Assembly (NCBI GenBank): GCA_963806185.1
Contig: CAWDXE010000005.1
Location: 160,001 to 224,000, forward strand
DNA from: an uncultured candidate division Zixibacteria bacterium
GTDB lineage: Bacteria > Zixibacteria > MSB-5A5 > GN15 > FEB-12
DNA: 64,000 nt
Reading direction: 5' to 3'
Shown in pieces: positions 13,329-22,600 of the stretch (the stretch's first letter is position 1; each line of letters begins with the position of its first letter). Position numbers and translations under genes: made by a program. Below the pieces are notes generated by a model that worked only from the letters and a program-made list of their open reading frames with translations, did not search any database and was not told the DNA's origin.

Positions 13329-13565
13329 TTACGACCCGATCTTCCCGGAAAGAATGAAGAACACGACCAGGGCGTAAATGGTGAGCGCTTCGATAAGCGC
13401 GGCGCCGATGATCATGGCGGTCTGAATCTTACCGGCGGCTTCGGGCTGACGGCCGATAGCTTCCATCGCGGAACCTACCGCACGCCCAAGACCGAGACCG
13501 GAACCGACTGCGGCCAGGCCGACACCCATCGGGAGCGCCCACGCCAACATTGCCTGATAATCCAT
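13329..13565 (-). CDS. atpE: ATP synthase Fo c subunit (H+-type)
   Basis: GxGxG helix, RQPE loop, IEALTIY carboxylate; GGAGGA RBS. Lacks the Q...ES/T Na+ signature. Confidence 0.97.
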   Translation of the reverse strand: MDYQAMLAWALPMGVGLAAVGSGLGLGRAVGSAMEAIGRQPEAAGKIQTAMIIGAALIEALTIYALVVFFILSGKIGS

Positions 13566-13613
13566 TGTATCCTCCAAAGAGTAGCTATGTGAATCTTCTA
13601 TACTTCCAGCTCA

Positions 13614-14597
13614 TCAATGCGCGGCATGTTCCTCATGCGGCAGCATCATCAATATGTAAATGGTCGACAACAGCGTGAACACCAGCGCCTGAATGGTCGA
13701 CAGCAGAAGACCAAGAAAAATGAATGGTACGTTGAACGGCAACCCGATCGGCGAGTGAATAAATGACAGGGCCGTGACGCCAAGCCCGACAAACGAAGCC
13801 ACAAGAATATCCTCGCCGGTAATATTGCCGAAAAGTCGCAACGCGAGCGAACCCGGTTTGACCGCAAATTCGCCAAACAAGTGTATCGGGAATAGAATAA
13901 TTATCCCCAGCACCCACATAAAGATGCTTCTCGGCTCACCGGCCATATGATAAAGATATTTACCGAAGCCCATCTTCCTGATACCAGTATATTGAGCCAG
14001 GCAAACTACGCAAAGGGCCATCGAGCCCGTGACCTCCAACCTCACCGACGGCGAATGCCCGAGCGGGATGATGCCCCAGAGATTGTTCATTAGAATGTAG
14101 AAGAACAGCGTGCCCAGAAGCGGGATGTACTTCTTGGTGTCCTCGCCGAGAATCGAGTAAATGAAGTTGTACATCCCTTCCACCATCATCTCGACAAGGT
14201 TCTGCAGCTTGCCCGGTATCATCTTGCGGTGGCGATACACATGACCGCACACGAGTACAAAGAAGATCGATGTGGCAAAGGCAAAGATGATCGGCGCCCA
14301 GAGCTCCATCCACGCGTAGTCGTGGCCGAGCCACATGACGAGAAATGTGAAGATGCTCGGGAGCTCGTTCTTGTTCTCTTTCTTTTCACCACCCCCGTGC
14401 CCCTCACCGTGTGCTTCACCCGACGGTTCGGCGCCGGCTTGCGCATGCTCACCTTCAGTGGTGGCCGGCGCGAGAGTACTTGCCGAATCCGTAGTCGTCT
14501 GGTGCGTGGTATCATGGGCAGTCTCTTGCGCCAGCACAAATGCTAGCGGCAGAGCAATGAACAGGCATATCGAGAGAACGATCAGAATCTTTTTCAC
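13614..14597 (-). CDS. atpB: ATP synthase Fo a subunit with signal-peptide-like N-terminal extension
   Basis: SLALRLFGNI (essential Arg) and IQALVFTLLS; GTG start overlapping the atpI stop. Confidence 0.95.
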   Translation of the reverse strand: MKKILIVLSICLFIALPLAFVLAQETAHDTTHQTTTDSASTLAPATTEGEHAQAGAEPSGEAHGEGHGGGEKKENKNELPSIFTFLVMWLGHDYAWMELWAPIIFAFATSIFFVLVCGHVYRHRKMIPGKLQNLVEMMVEGMYNFIYSILGEDTKKYIPLLGTLFFYILMNNLWGIIPLGHSPSVRLEVTGSMALCVVCLAQYTGIRKMGFGKYLYHMAGEPRSIFMWVLGIIILFPIHLFGEFAVKPGSLALRLFGNITGEDILVASFVGLGVTALSFIHSPIGLPFNVPFIFLGLLLSTIQALVFTLLSTIYILMMLPHEEHAAH

Positions 14598-14994
14598 AGT
14601 GTCCCCTGAAGGGTCTTGGCGGCCGGCTTGTCCAGTCCCATGAACAAACGACCGAGAGCTTTGAGCACCATGATCACGAGGACGATGGAGAATCCGGTCA
14701 GCAGAGTGCATCGGTTGGAAGTCCCGGACTTTCAGAAGGAAATATCCGGCCACATATAGGAACGGGAAATTTGATAAGCAGGACGGCGATGGCGGTCATC
14801 TTGTCCGCGCCCTCCGGACGGAGGGTCGCCTTAACCAAGCCGGTGAGAAACAGCAGATTGAGCATCCCCCACACCGCTCCGGAAAACGCGGCCAGCGTAG
14901 GCCATACTCCGAAATAATACAGGGAAAACGGCAGGAGCACGAGGATGACAATTCCAGTGGTGCGGAGAGTGCGATCTATAAAGTCCAGGCCCAT
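14594..14994 (-). CDS. atpI: ATP synthase subunit I family membrane protein (frameshifted)
   Basis: Hydrophobic helices ending LLIKF, continuing in other frames to a stop at 14594; position before atpB. Confidence 0.75.
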
Positions 14995-15258
14995 TTACGA
15001 GTCGTCCCGATCACGCTTTTCGAGTGCTTCAGACTTCTTGACCAAGTTATAAATTTCACGAGCGGCGGCGGCAAAACCGAACACAACGCCCGCTATCATC
15101 AAATACGGTTCGGTACCGAACCGCCCGTCGGCCCAACGGCCGATAAAAAATCCAACCAAGGGAGCGGCGACGAGAATCGCCGGTACTGCCGCCAGGAGGG
15201 AGATTTGTGCGTAAGACGAATCCCTCTTATCCTTCTGTGGCGACCCGAAAGGGGACAT
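14995..15258 (-). CDS. atpZ: AtpZ/AtpI (gene 1) family membrane protein
   Basis: GFFIGRWADGRFGTEP pattern; first gene of the operon. Confidence 0.85.
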   Translation of the reverse strand: MSPFGSPQKDKRDSSYAQISLLAAVPAILVAAPLVGFFIGRWADGRFGTEPYLMIAGVVFGFAAAAREIYNLVKKSEALEKRDRDDS

Positions 15259-15290
15259 CAGCAACCCCTTCTCTTCATTTTAATGGCGGC

Positions 15291-15318
15291 AATATATTGG
15301 CGGGGTAGGGGTTGTCAA
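15291..15318 (-). promoter_or_regulatory. Putative sigma70 promoter of the atp operon
   Basis: TTGACA-N16-TATATT on the minus strand. Confidence 0.55.
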
Positions 15319-15480
15319 AGCATTTTTTGACCGCACACCATCCGGGCCCGCCATCGCACACTATTGTCGGCTACATAACGGCACCGGCTTGAGGCGGGTT
15401 CCAAAAAATGAGAAACCGTCTTGTATTATCAATCGAAGAAGTGTAAAATACAGACCTTGGCGTACTCTCCAGGAGGAAAA

Positions 15481-16143
15481 GTGAACTCAGGAATTCTATT
15501 GCCGCTGGCGGCCCTATGCTTGCTGACCGCCTGTTCGGGCACAAAAGAGGACACGAAAATGCAGGTGGAGAATACCACCGCGGCGGGTGACACGTTGTCG
15601 CATCAGGACTTATATCATCAGGCGGCCGTGGAGTTGGTGGGGCGCTTTTCTCGAGATTTGCGGACCGAGCTACTGGCGGCGATCAAGGACAGCGGCTCGG
15701 CGGCCGGGGCACTGCGCGTCTGCCGGACCAAGGCGCCGGAGCTTGTCCTGGCGCACTCAATCGGGGGTTGGAGAATTCGCCGCGTGACCGACCGTCCGCG
15801 CAACCCCGCCGACCTGATTTCAATTGAACAGTCCGACATTCTTGCCAAGTTCGCCGATGCCGAGCAGGCGCCGCCGTTCGTGGAGGAGTGGTTGGGCACG
15901 GACAATATGCGCACCTACCGTTTCTATACGCCGATCCGGACCGCAACCTTCTGCCTGAACTGCCATGGCGATGAGAATTCGCTGGCCCCCGGTGTGGCGG
16001 CGGCACTCGATACGCTTTATCCGGACGATAAGGCGGTGGGGTACACCGACGACCAATTGCGGGGTATGTTTGTCGTGGAAGCCGGCTACCCGCAAGGGCT
16101 TGACGGGGCCAGGACACTGGTCGCCGCTCGCGATACTCTGTAA
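15481..16143 (+). CDS. DUF3365/Tll0287-like c-type heme lipoprotein
   Basis: AGGAGG RBS plus GTG, lipobox LTAC, RNPA motif, CLNCHG heme site, YPDDKAVGY...LRGMF. Confidence 0.85.
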   Translation: MNSGILLPLAALCLLTACSGTKEDTKMQVENTTAAGDTLSHQDLYHQAAVELVGRFSRDLRTELLAAIKDSGSAAGALRVCRTKAPELVLAHSIGGWRIRRVTDRPRNPADLISIEQSDILAKFADAEQAPPFVEEWLGTDNMRTYRFYTPIRTATFCLNCHGDENSLAPGVAAALDTLYPDDKAVGYTDDQLRGMFVVEAGYPQGLDGARTLVAARDTL

Positions 16144-16167
16144 TACACATTATATAGGTGATTCGGC

Positions 16168-16788
16168 ATGCAGTTCTACCCCTTCTACCGCCAGGACGAC
16201 CCCGCTCAGGTCGAGTGTCTGATCCACTCCCAGGTGTCGTGCAATTTGCTCACGACATCGAAAGCCGGAATGATCCACAACGGGATATTCAATCACGATC
16301 ATCTTGACGGGAAGATCGTCCTGCATCTAAATAAGACAGACGAGCAGGTGGCCGATTTGAAAGTCAATCCCCAGGCGACGGTGGCTTTTCAGGATCTGTT
16401 ATGTTTGATCCCTTCCTATTGGGTCGATGCGCAGTACGGCGGGGCGGCAACCATGTATTATCGGTACGCCGAGTTCACCTGCGATGCGATACTCGAGGAC
16501 AATCCGCAGAAGATGCAGGCGTTGCTGCAAACGTTGATGGATCGCTACCAACCCGAGGGGCACTACCAGGCGCTCGATCCGAAAGATCCGATCTACAAAG
16601 CCAGTTTCTCGACGCTCACGATGGTGACGCTGACGCCGGTATCATCGAGGACGAAATGGAAGCTGGGGCAGAACAAGACGATGGAACAGCGTCTCAATGT
16701 CCTGACCGAACTTCGCAAACGCGGAACAGCCGGGGATCTTCGCGCGGCCGACGAGGTCGAGCGCTGGCTGAAGGCGCACGGGGAGTGA
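16168..16788 (+). CDS. PaiB-like FMN-binding split-barrel protein
   Basis: IPSYW, TMYY and KWKLGQNK motifs typical of the PaiB family. Confidence 0.75.
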   Translation: MQFYPFYRQDDPAQVECLIHSQVSCNLLTTSKAGMIHNGIFNHDHLDGKIVLHLNKTDEQVADLKVNPQATVAFQDLLCLIPSYWVDAQYGGAATMYYRYAEFTCDAILEDNPQKMQALLQTLMDRYQPEGHYQALDPKDPIYKASFSTLTMVTLTPVSSRTKWKLGQNKTMEQRLNVLTELRKRGTAGDLRAADEVERWLKAHGE

Positions 16789-16956
16789 CGTGCGGCCCGG
16801 TCGCATGCACATCTGACGATAATGTTGAGAGTAGTTGTCTGTGAATTCGCCTCGTAGGAAAAACGGGCGCAAATGTCACATCTTTCTCCGACCGGTTTTT
16901 TTCCACTTGACAACGCCTAGCTTTTTCTCCATGATTGGAGTGTCTGGGAGGAATCT

Positions 16957-18009
16957 ATGCCCTCAATATTACTCTTCGCTCTGTTCACCGTCGGCTGTCT
17001 TTTGGTCGGCTGCAGTGAAGATGATGTGCCGGTGGTAACACAGCCGGTGACTTCGTATCCTTACCGCTCCATTCACGTTCTTGACAGTGGGCAGTATGTG
17101 CTCGCTCGCTCAGTTAATACTCACCCTGTCGACCCTGTTCAGCATGAGACGTACGTCTACCGAGAAAAGGTGCTTGGCGAGCCATTCATCGACTACAACG
17201 GCAACGGCGTCTATGACCGGGGCGTCGACGGTTTCATAATCGGTGTCGGACCGGACAATCAGGATTTGAATCATAATGGTACGTATGACGGCCCGGACAG
17301 CTATTGGACTCCGGGCGTACCCTTTGACGATCTGGATGGCGACGGTGAACCGCGCGACGACGGATATCCCAATTATGCCTTCTGGACCCCCGGCACACCG
17401 TATTGTGATTACAACGGCAATGGAAAGTGGGATGCTGACCTGGCGTATTGGTACGACATGGTGGAGTGTATCGCAGGAGATAGTGCACATGGGCGGTGGT
17501 ATCGTTTGTACCGGGTGGGAGAGGCGTATCATTTCAAGTCGGATTCCGGTGTGGACTATTTTCTGCCCGGCGGCAGCACTATAGCATATTCGCCGGAATA
17601 CATCAGGGACCTTATGCTAGTGACTGACTCGTCGATCTGCTGGTTGGATTTCGACGGGGCTATCGCCATATTTGACAGCGGGACAATCAGGCCTGAAACG
17701 ACCGTGGTTCAGACGGTGACCTTTCAGAGTGATAATTGGCAGCCACATGCTACCCGAATTACCACTTTTGGTCAGCAACTCACTGTTGATGGACAAACAT
17801 ACAGTGACCTCATCAAAGTCCGGCTTGAGAATTTCCTTTTCAGTGATCCCGGCCTGACGACGCACTATCGCCTGACGTACCGTGAGTTCTATTTTTCGCC
17901 GACCATGGGTCTGATGGCGATACTTGGCAAGTCGGAATCGGACGGAGATGTTTTCGAGCTCTACTTCGTGGAGCGGTATGCCTCTCTGCCTCTGCCTATG
18001 AAGAGATAG
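16957..18009 (+). CDS. Lipoprotein with DxNxNG/DxDGDG Ca2+-binding-type repeats
   Basis: Lipobox LVGC; repeats PFIDYNGNGVYD, DLNHNGTYD, PFDDLDGDG, PYCDYNGNGKWD; GGGAGG RBS; upstream TTGACA-N17-CATGAT. Confidence 0.75.
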   Translation: MPSILLFALFTVGCLLVGCSEDDVPVVTQPVTSYPYRSIHVLDSGQYVLARSVNTHPVDPVQHETYVYREKVLGEPFIDYNGNGVYDRGVDGFIIGVGPDNQDLNHNGTYDGPDSYWTPGVPFDDLDGDGEPRDDGYPNYAFWTPGTPYCDYNGNGKWDADLAYWYDMVECIAGDSAHGRWYRLYRVGEAYHFKSDSGVDYFLPGGSTIAYSPEYIRDLMLVTDSSICWLDFDGAIAIFDSGTIRPETTVVQTVTFQSDNWQPHATRITTFGQQLTVDGQTYSDLIKVRLENFLFSDPGLTTHYRLTYREFYFSPTMGLMAILGKSESDGDVFELYFVERYASLPLPMKR

Positions 18010-18049
18010 CCGGCTTGTCCTTTTGGGTCCTGTCGCATATCTTGCCCGC

Positions 18050-18433
18050 ATGACCCTACAGGAACGAATGACTGCATCGGAGACCCGCGTTGTAAAGGCG
18101 GTGTTTCCTCATACTACCAATCACTACGACACGCTTTTCGGCGGGACCGCCCTGCAATGGATGGATGAGATTGCGTTTATCACCGCCACTCGTTTCAGCC
18201 GGCAGGAGTATGTGACGGTTTCGCTCGACCGGATCGATTTCACCAAACCGATTCCGTCGGGCACGATGGTTGAGTTGATCGGCCGGGTGTCGAAAGTCGG
18301 GAATACCAGTATTGAAATCACGGTGGAAGTATATGTCGAAGGGATGTTTTCGGATGTGCGGACGCTGGCGATCAATGGACGGTTCACGATGGTAGCGGTC
18401 GACGAGCATGGAAAGCCGGCGAAGGTGAAATAG
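18050..18433 (+). CDS. Acyl-CoA thioesterase (hotdog fold, YciA-like)
   Basis: VFPHTTNHYDTLFGG...WMDE...VTVS motifs. Confidence 0.9.
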   Translation: MTLQERMTASETRVVKAVFPHTTNHYDTLFGGTALQWMDEIAFITATRFSRQEYVTVSLDRIDFTKPIPSGTMVELIGRVSKVGNTSIEITVEVYVEGMFSDVRTLAINGRFTMVAVDEHGKPAKVK

Positions 18434-18464
18434 CGGCGACGCGAGGGTTCTGCCGCCAGTTTCC

Positions 18465-18955
18465 CGTCAGGTCACACGCCTCGCGGACTCGGCGCAGGAT
18501 CTGACGGAACAAAAGTGATTCCGATCATCGCCGCCCCGAGCGGAGACGAGGGGCGATGAGTCTCCGTGTCAAAACCACAGAGGTTTTGACCTACCCTCTT
18601 CTGTGCCTGACGCAACAAAGTCACACTCATCTCTTACTCCCTTTCATTTAGGGAGAGGGTTGGGGTGAGGGCCGATCGGGAGAGATGCGGTATCGCACTT
18701 CGACTTCGCTCAGTGCGACGCTTTGCGGCATGGGGCGGTAATAGGGCGTCAGGATTGCATACTTAGTATTCCGGCAGCATCCGCCCGCTCAGAAGCGGGC
18801 ATCGATGCTGCCATACTTCAAGTCACTGCACAGACAGATTTGCGGACAGAAAGCACAAGATGCGGCTGGCGCACGAGACGTACGCCAGCCATTGTCATTT
18901 GGGTATTCGTGAACATCGAGATGCTGAAGCCGCTGAGAAGCGGCTTCAGCATGAC
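18465..18955. repeat. Intergenic cluster of at least seven different palindromic REP-like elements
   Basis: Hairpins at 18465-18506, 18525-18559, 18568-18594 (GTAG-tagged on the minus strand), 18637-18671, 18693-18718, 18773-18812 and 18921-18955 (perfect 14-bp stem). Confidence 0.8.
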
Positions 18956-18992
18956 AATATTTCGCCGGTAGGCCGATGTGGCAGGGTTCCAT

Positions 18993-20156
18993 CTACTTCA
19001 GATCCATCACCCAGTCGGCGATGAAAACGTTGGTCTCCCCCGGCCTGGCGTCATTACGATTGGATTCGAACACCAGCTTCTTGCCGTCGTGAGAAAACAT
19101 CGGGAAACCGTCAAATGTATCGTTAAACGTCACCTGCTCAATTTGCTTCGTCTGGATATCAATCAGGAAATTGTCGAAATTGCGGCCACGCGGGTCGTTC
19201 ATGTTGGAACAGAAAATGACGTGCCGCCCGTCGGGATGGAAATACGGCGCAAAGTTGGCCGCACCGTTTGACGTAAGCTGGATCGGTTTACGGTCCTTGA
19301 GATTCATTACATAGATTTCCAGTTTGCTCGGGCGAATCAAGCCTTCTTTGAGAAGCGATTGATACTCCGCCAACGATTCACCAGTAGGGCGAGACGCCCG
19401 CCAGACAATCCACTGGCCATCGAATGAAAACCAGGCCCCGCCGTCATACCCGGGCCAGTCGGTGATCTGCTCGACATTCTTGCCGTCGGGATCCATCGTG
19501 TAGAGCTCAAGATCGCCGGAGCGGACGGACGTGAACAAGATCTTCTTGCCGTCGACCGACCAGACGCACTCTGCATCGTAGCCGGGGGTATCGGTCAGAC
19601 GGACCGGATTGGAGCCGTCAATATTGGCCTTGAAGATATCGTACGCTTTGTAAAGCGCCCACACGTAGCCGCGCGACATATCCGGCTTGGGCGGGCAGGC
19701 AGAGTCAACGAGGTGGGTCGAGGCATAGATGATCGATTTGCCGTCGGGCGAGATCATCGAGCAGGTGGTGGCGCCCCGGCCGGTCGACACCATTTTGACA
19801 TTCGCGCCGTCGGCATTCATCGTATAGATGGCGTCGCACCCGCGGCCGTCGCGCGAGGACTGAAAGCTAAGCATGGAAGCGTCGTGGTTGAAATACGCCT
19901 CGGCGTTTTCGCCACCAAAAGTGAGTTGGCGGACGTTGCGTAGATGGGTTTCCTGCGGGAGAGCGAACGTCGTCGGTTCGAGCACCGGCGGAGTCGGTTT
20001 GGTGGCCGGCTTGGCGGAAGCGGGATTCGTGATTTCCAGGGCGGGGTCGCGGGGGGCCGAGTCGATCACCGGTTTGTTGACCTGGGCTATCGCCATAAGG
20101 CCGGAGATGCCGCCCACCAGCAGTCCGCCCATCATCAATTTGCCTATAAGATTCAC
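18993..20156 (-). CDS. TolB-like PD40 beta-propeller secreted protein
   Basis: Repeats QLTFGGENAEAYF, RLTDTPGYDAE, SPDGK and FSHDGKKLVFES; signal-peptide-like N-terminus. Confidence 0.9.
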   Translation of the reverse strand: MNLIGKLMMGGLLVGGISGLMAIAQVNKPVIDSAPRDPALEITNPASAKPATKPTPPVLEPTTFALPQETHLRNVRQLTFGGENAEAYFNHDASMLSFQSSRDGRGCDAIYTMNADGANVKMVSTGRGATTCSMISPDGKSIIYASTHLVDSACPPKPDMSRGYVWALYKAYDIFKANIDGSNPVRLTDTPGYDAECVWSVDGKKILFTSVRSGDLELYTMDPDGKNVEQITDWPGYDGGAWFSFDGQWIVWRASRPTGESLAEYQSLLKEGLIRPSKLEIYVMNLKDRKPIQLTSNGAANFAPYFHPDGRHVIFCSNMNDPRGRNFDNFLIDIQTKQIEQVTFNDTFDGFPMFSHDGKKLVFESNRNDARPGETNVFIADWVMDLK

Positions 20157-20304
20157 GGTTGGCTAATCCTTTCCCTCTCAGCTATGTGTCCGGATATGGT
20201 CTAAAGATGTTGTAACACCAAGAGGTTGGCAAGTTCCCAATTGGGCAAAATCTATTCATCCGGGGCTTGTGTTCCCTAATTGGACCGATTAAGTTTATCT
20301 TAGT

Positions 20305-21228
20305 ATGTTGTCACGGGTCTCACACTTCATTATCGCGGCGGTAATAGTCATGGCAGCAACACATTCAGTCGACGGCTTCGATCTGGACAGCCTGTGGAAC
20401 TTTGACGATCCGGCGGCCTCCGAACAGAGTTTCCGCGCTGCTCTTCCGGCCCACTCGAATGATCTCAGTTTGACGCTGGAGATCAAGACGCAGATCGCCC
20501 GCACGCTGGGCTTGCGCCAGCAATTCGATCACGCCCATGCAGTGCTCGACTCGGTGGAAGGCCAGTTGGACAAGGTGGATGAGCGGGTGCGGGTGCGGTA
20601 TCTGCTGGAGCGGGGTCGCGTGTTCAATTCGTCAAATCAGCAGGACAAGGCCACACCGCTTTTTGCCGAAGCACTAAAGGTAGCGCAGGCGGCGAGCATT
20701 GATTTCCTCGCAGTTGACGCGGCCCATATGCTGGGAATTGCCGCCCCGACCGATGAACGGATGAAATGGAATCTGAAAGCGCTCAAGCTGGCGGAGGCGT
20801 CGCAGGAACCGAAAGCGCGCAAGTGGTGCGGGTCGCTGTACAACAATATCGGCTGGACATACTTCGAGGAAAAGAAATATGACTCGGCGCTGGCGATGTT
20901 TGAGAAGGCGGTGACGTTCCGGGTTGCTCAGCAGAAGCCGACCGAAGTCCGGATTGCGAAATGGTGTGTGGCGAAGGCGCTCCGGTACCTGAACAAGGTG
21001 GATTCGGCGTTGGCGATGCAGCAGCAGTTGCTGAAGGACTGGGAAGCGTCGAGCGAAAAAGCCGATGGGTACGTGTATGAAGAGATCGGCGAGTGCCTGT
21101 TGATCAAGGGGAAGGCGGGCGATGCGAAGCCGTATTTTGCGAAAGCGTACGAATTGTTGTCGGCTGATCCGTGGTTGAGTCGCGACGAGCCTGACAGGTT
21201 GGCGCGGTTGAAGGAGCTGGGGGGCTGA
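20305..21228 (+). CDS. Secreted tetratricopeptide repeat protein
   Basis: Signal-peptide-like N-terminus; TPR-like helices (SLYNNIGWTYF..., YEEIGECL). Confidence 0.85.
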   Translation: MLSRVSHFIIAAVIVMAATHSVDGFDLDSLWNFDDPAASEQSFRAALPAHSNDLSLTLEIKTQIARTLGLRQQFDHAHAVLDSVEGQLDKVDERVRVRYLLERGRVFNSSNQQDKATPLFAEALKVAQAASIDFLAVDAAHMLGIAAPTDERMKWNLKALKLAEASQEPKARKWCGSLYNNIGWTYFEEKKYDSALAMFEKAVTFRVAQQKPTEVRIAKWCVAKALRYLNKVDSALAMQQQLLKDWEASSEKADGYVYEEIGECLLIKGKAGDAKPYFAKAYELLSADPWLSRDEPDRLARLKELGG

Positions 21229-21279
21229 AGTGATGGTTTTAATAGGCTGGAAGCGAGACCGTCTTGTGATTGCCGAAAC

Positions 21280-21525
21280 TCAACGGAGTTGCCCATGAAC
21301 CTCCGCAATAAGCCGCTCGTAGTCGGCTGCAATTGATTCGGCTTCTGCTGCGTCGTTGCATTCTTCGATTACAAAGAACTCATCATCAATTTCTTCGCCA
21401 TTCATGTAGCTGGCCGTTTTCTTCCAGGCATCGCATCTGACTTCCAGCGCGCTGAGAATTTGAGAAACATCAGCTCGTAACAGTCTCAGAGTACATAATG
21501 CTTCTGCCACTGACAGTCCCCCCAC
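21280..21525 (-). CDS. Hypothetical acidic protein (start uncertain)
   Basis: Co-oriented open frame following the HNH gene and the 74-aa ORF; no recognisable motif. Confidence 0.5.
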   Translation of the reverse strand: MGGLSVAEALCTLRLLRADVSQILSALEVRCDAWKKTASYMNGEEIDDEFFVIEECNDAAEAESIAADYERLIAEVHGQLR

Positions 21526-21537
21526 CCCTCGAATTTC

Positions 21538-21762
21538 TCATTCGAGATCCACGAGTAGGCGTTTTAGGGCCCATATGTTGTCATGTATTAGATTCTCGTC
21601 ACTGCAATCGTAGGGGATGATTCCAGCAGAAGGATCATAAGCGCTGTTCATGACATCTTCCGATGCGCGCCACATGCTCAACTCCGTGGTGACCAGATTC
21701 CGCAGCACCAATATCTGGCGCTCACTCAGTCGTGTGATTGGCAAATGTTGTGTCATCTTCAC
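21538..21762 (-). CDS. Hypothetical protein
   Basis: GTG start overlaps the HNH stop (GTGA); no recognisable motif. Confidence 0.4.
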   Translation of the reverse strand: MKMTQHLPITRLSERQILVLRNLVTTELSMWRASEDVMNSAYDPSAGIIPYDCSDENLIHDNIWALKRLLVDLE

Positions 21763-22541
21763 CCCAAAAATATGTGTTCTCGATGGTACGCCAGGGCTGC
21801 TCCGTCGGGCGAAAAACGGTCTGGCAACTGGATAGTCACACCGCGAACGTCGTGGAGTCCGACTCTCACCAACCCCGACGCGGATTTCTTTGTCGCCTGT
21901 TTAGACAAGATAACCTGCAAAGAGTCATCCAAACTCATAAGGCCCCTGTCGAACGCACGATCGTGAAACGCGCAAAGGGAAATGCCATTGGTAGGGTCTG
22001 CTCTCCTTCCGATATCAATGGACCATGGGACTATGTGACTAGCAAATAGCAACTCTGGAAGCTCAAGGCGACAAACCGCACACCGAAAATCATAACCCGA
22101 AAGAACGGTGGCGCGAAAGAAGCTTTGGACAAGCCGGACCTTTCTCACGGCAAGCGATTCCGTTTTCCGCTGACCACGAAGATCGTTTCGAGAACCTTCC
22201 TCCAAAATGGGAATATTCAGAGATGATCTGATTCTAGACACATCATGGACAAAATCGGACCATTGTCCGGTATAGGTACTCCAGACTTCTCTATCCGCAC
22301 GACTCACGTTTTTCAAACCCTTTATGCCGCGCGCCTTCTGAATAGGATCAAGGCTAGCAAAATTGACGAGCTTCATAGCCAGTGCACCAGGAGTTCTGCC
22401 GATCGTCTTAGCCAACTCCATGATCTTAGGATTGTTGCTATGGAGCTTCCCGAAGGGGGTTCTGCAATACAAGTCAAAGGCGAGAATCAGTTGTTCACGA
22501 CTCCAACTCAAACTGCTGCGCATAGAGTACATCCAGACCAA
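21759..22541 (-). CDS. HNH endonuclease (putative restriction/modification-dependent type)
   Basis: CAVC, ASHIVPW, NGISLCAFHDRAFDRG HNH motif; helical N-terminal domain WSREQLILAFDLY...RTPGALAMKLVNF. Confidence 0.9.
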   Translation of the reverse strand: MVWMYSMRSSLSWSREQLILAFDLYCRTPFGKLHSNNPKIMELAKTIGRTPGALAMKLVNFASLDPIQKARGIKGLKNVSRADREVWSTYTGQWSDFVHDVSRIRSSLNIPILEEGSRNDLRGQRKTESLAVRKVRLVQSFFRATVLSGYDFRCAVCRLELPELLFASHIVPWSIDIGRRADPTNGISLCAFHDRAFDRGLMSLDDSLQVILSKQATKKSASGLVRVGLHDVRGVTIQLPDRFSPDGAALAYHREHIFLG

Positions 22542-22600
22542 TTTGCAGAGTGATTGTATTCGAACACTAGCATTCGCCTACACAAGTTGTCAATCACTTT

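Noticed and set aside
13329..13565. Na+-translocating ATP synthase
   Set aside because: The c subunit has GLGLG and EAL rather than the Q...ES/T sodium ligands.
18723..18992. Short ORFs inside the palindrome cluster
   Set aside because: No RBS or motifs; they overlap repeat hairpins.
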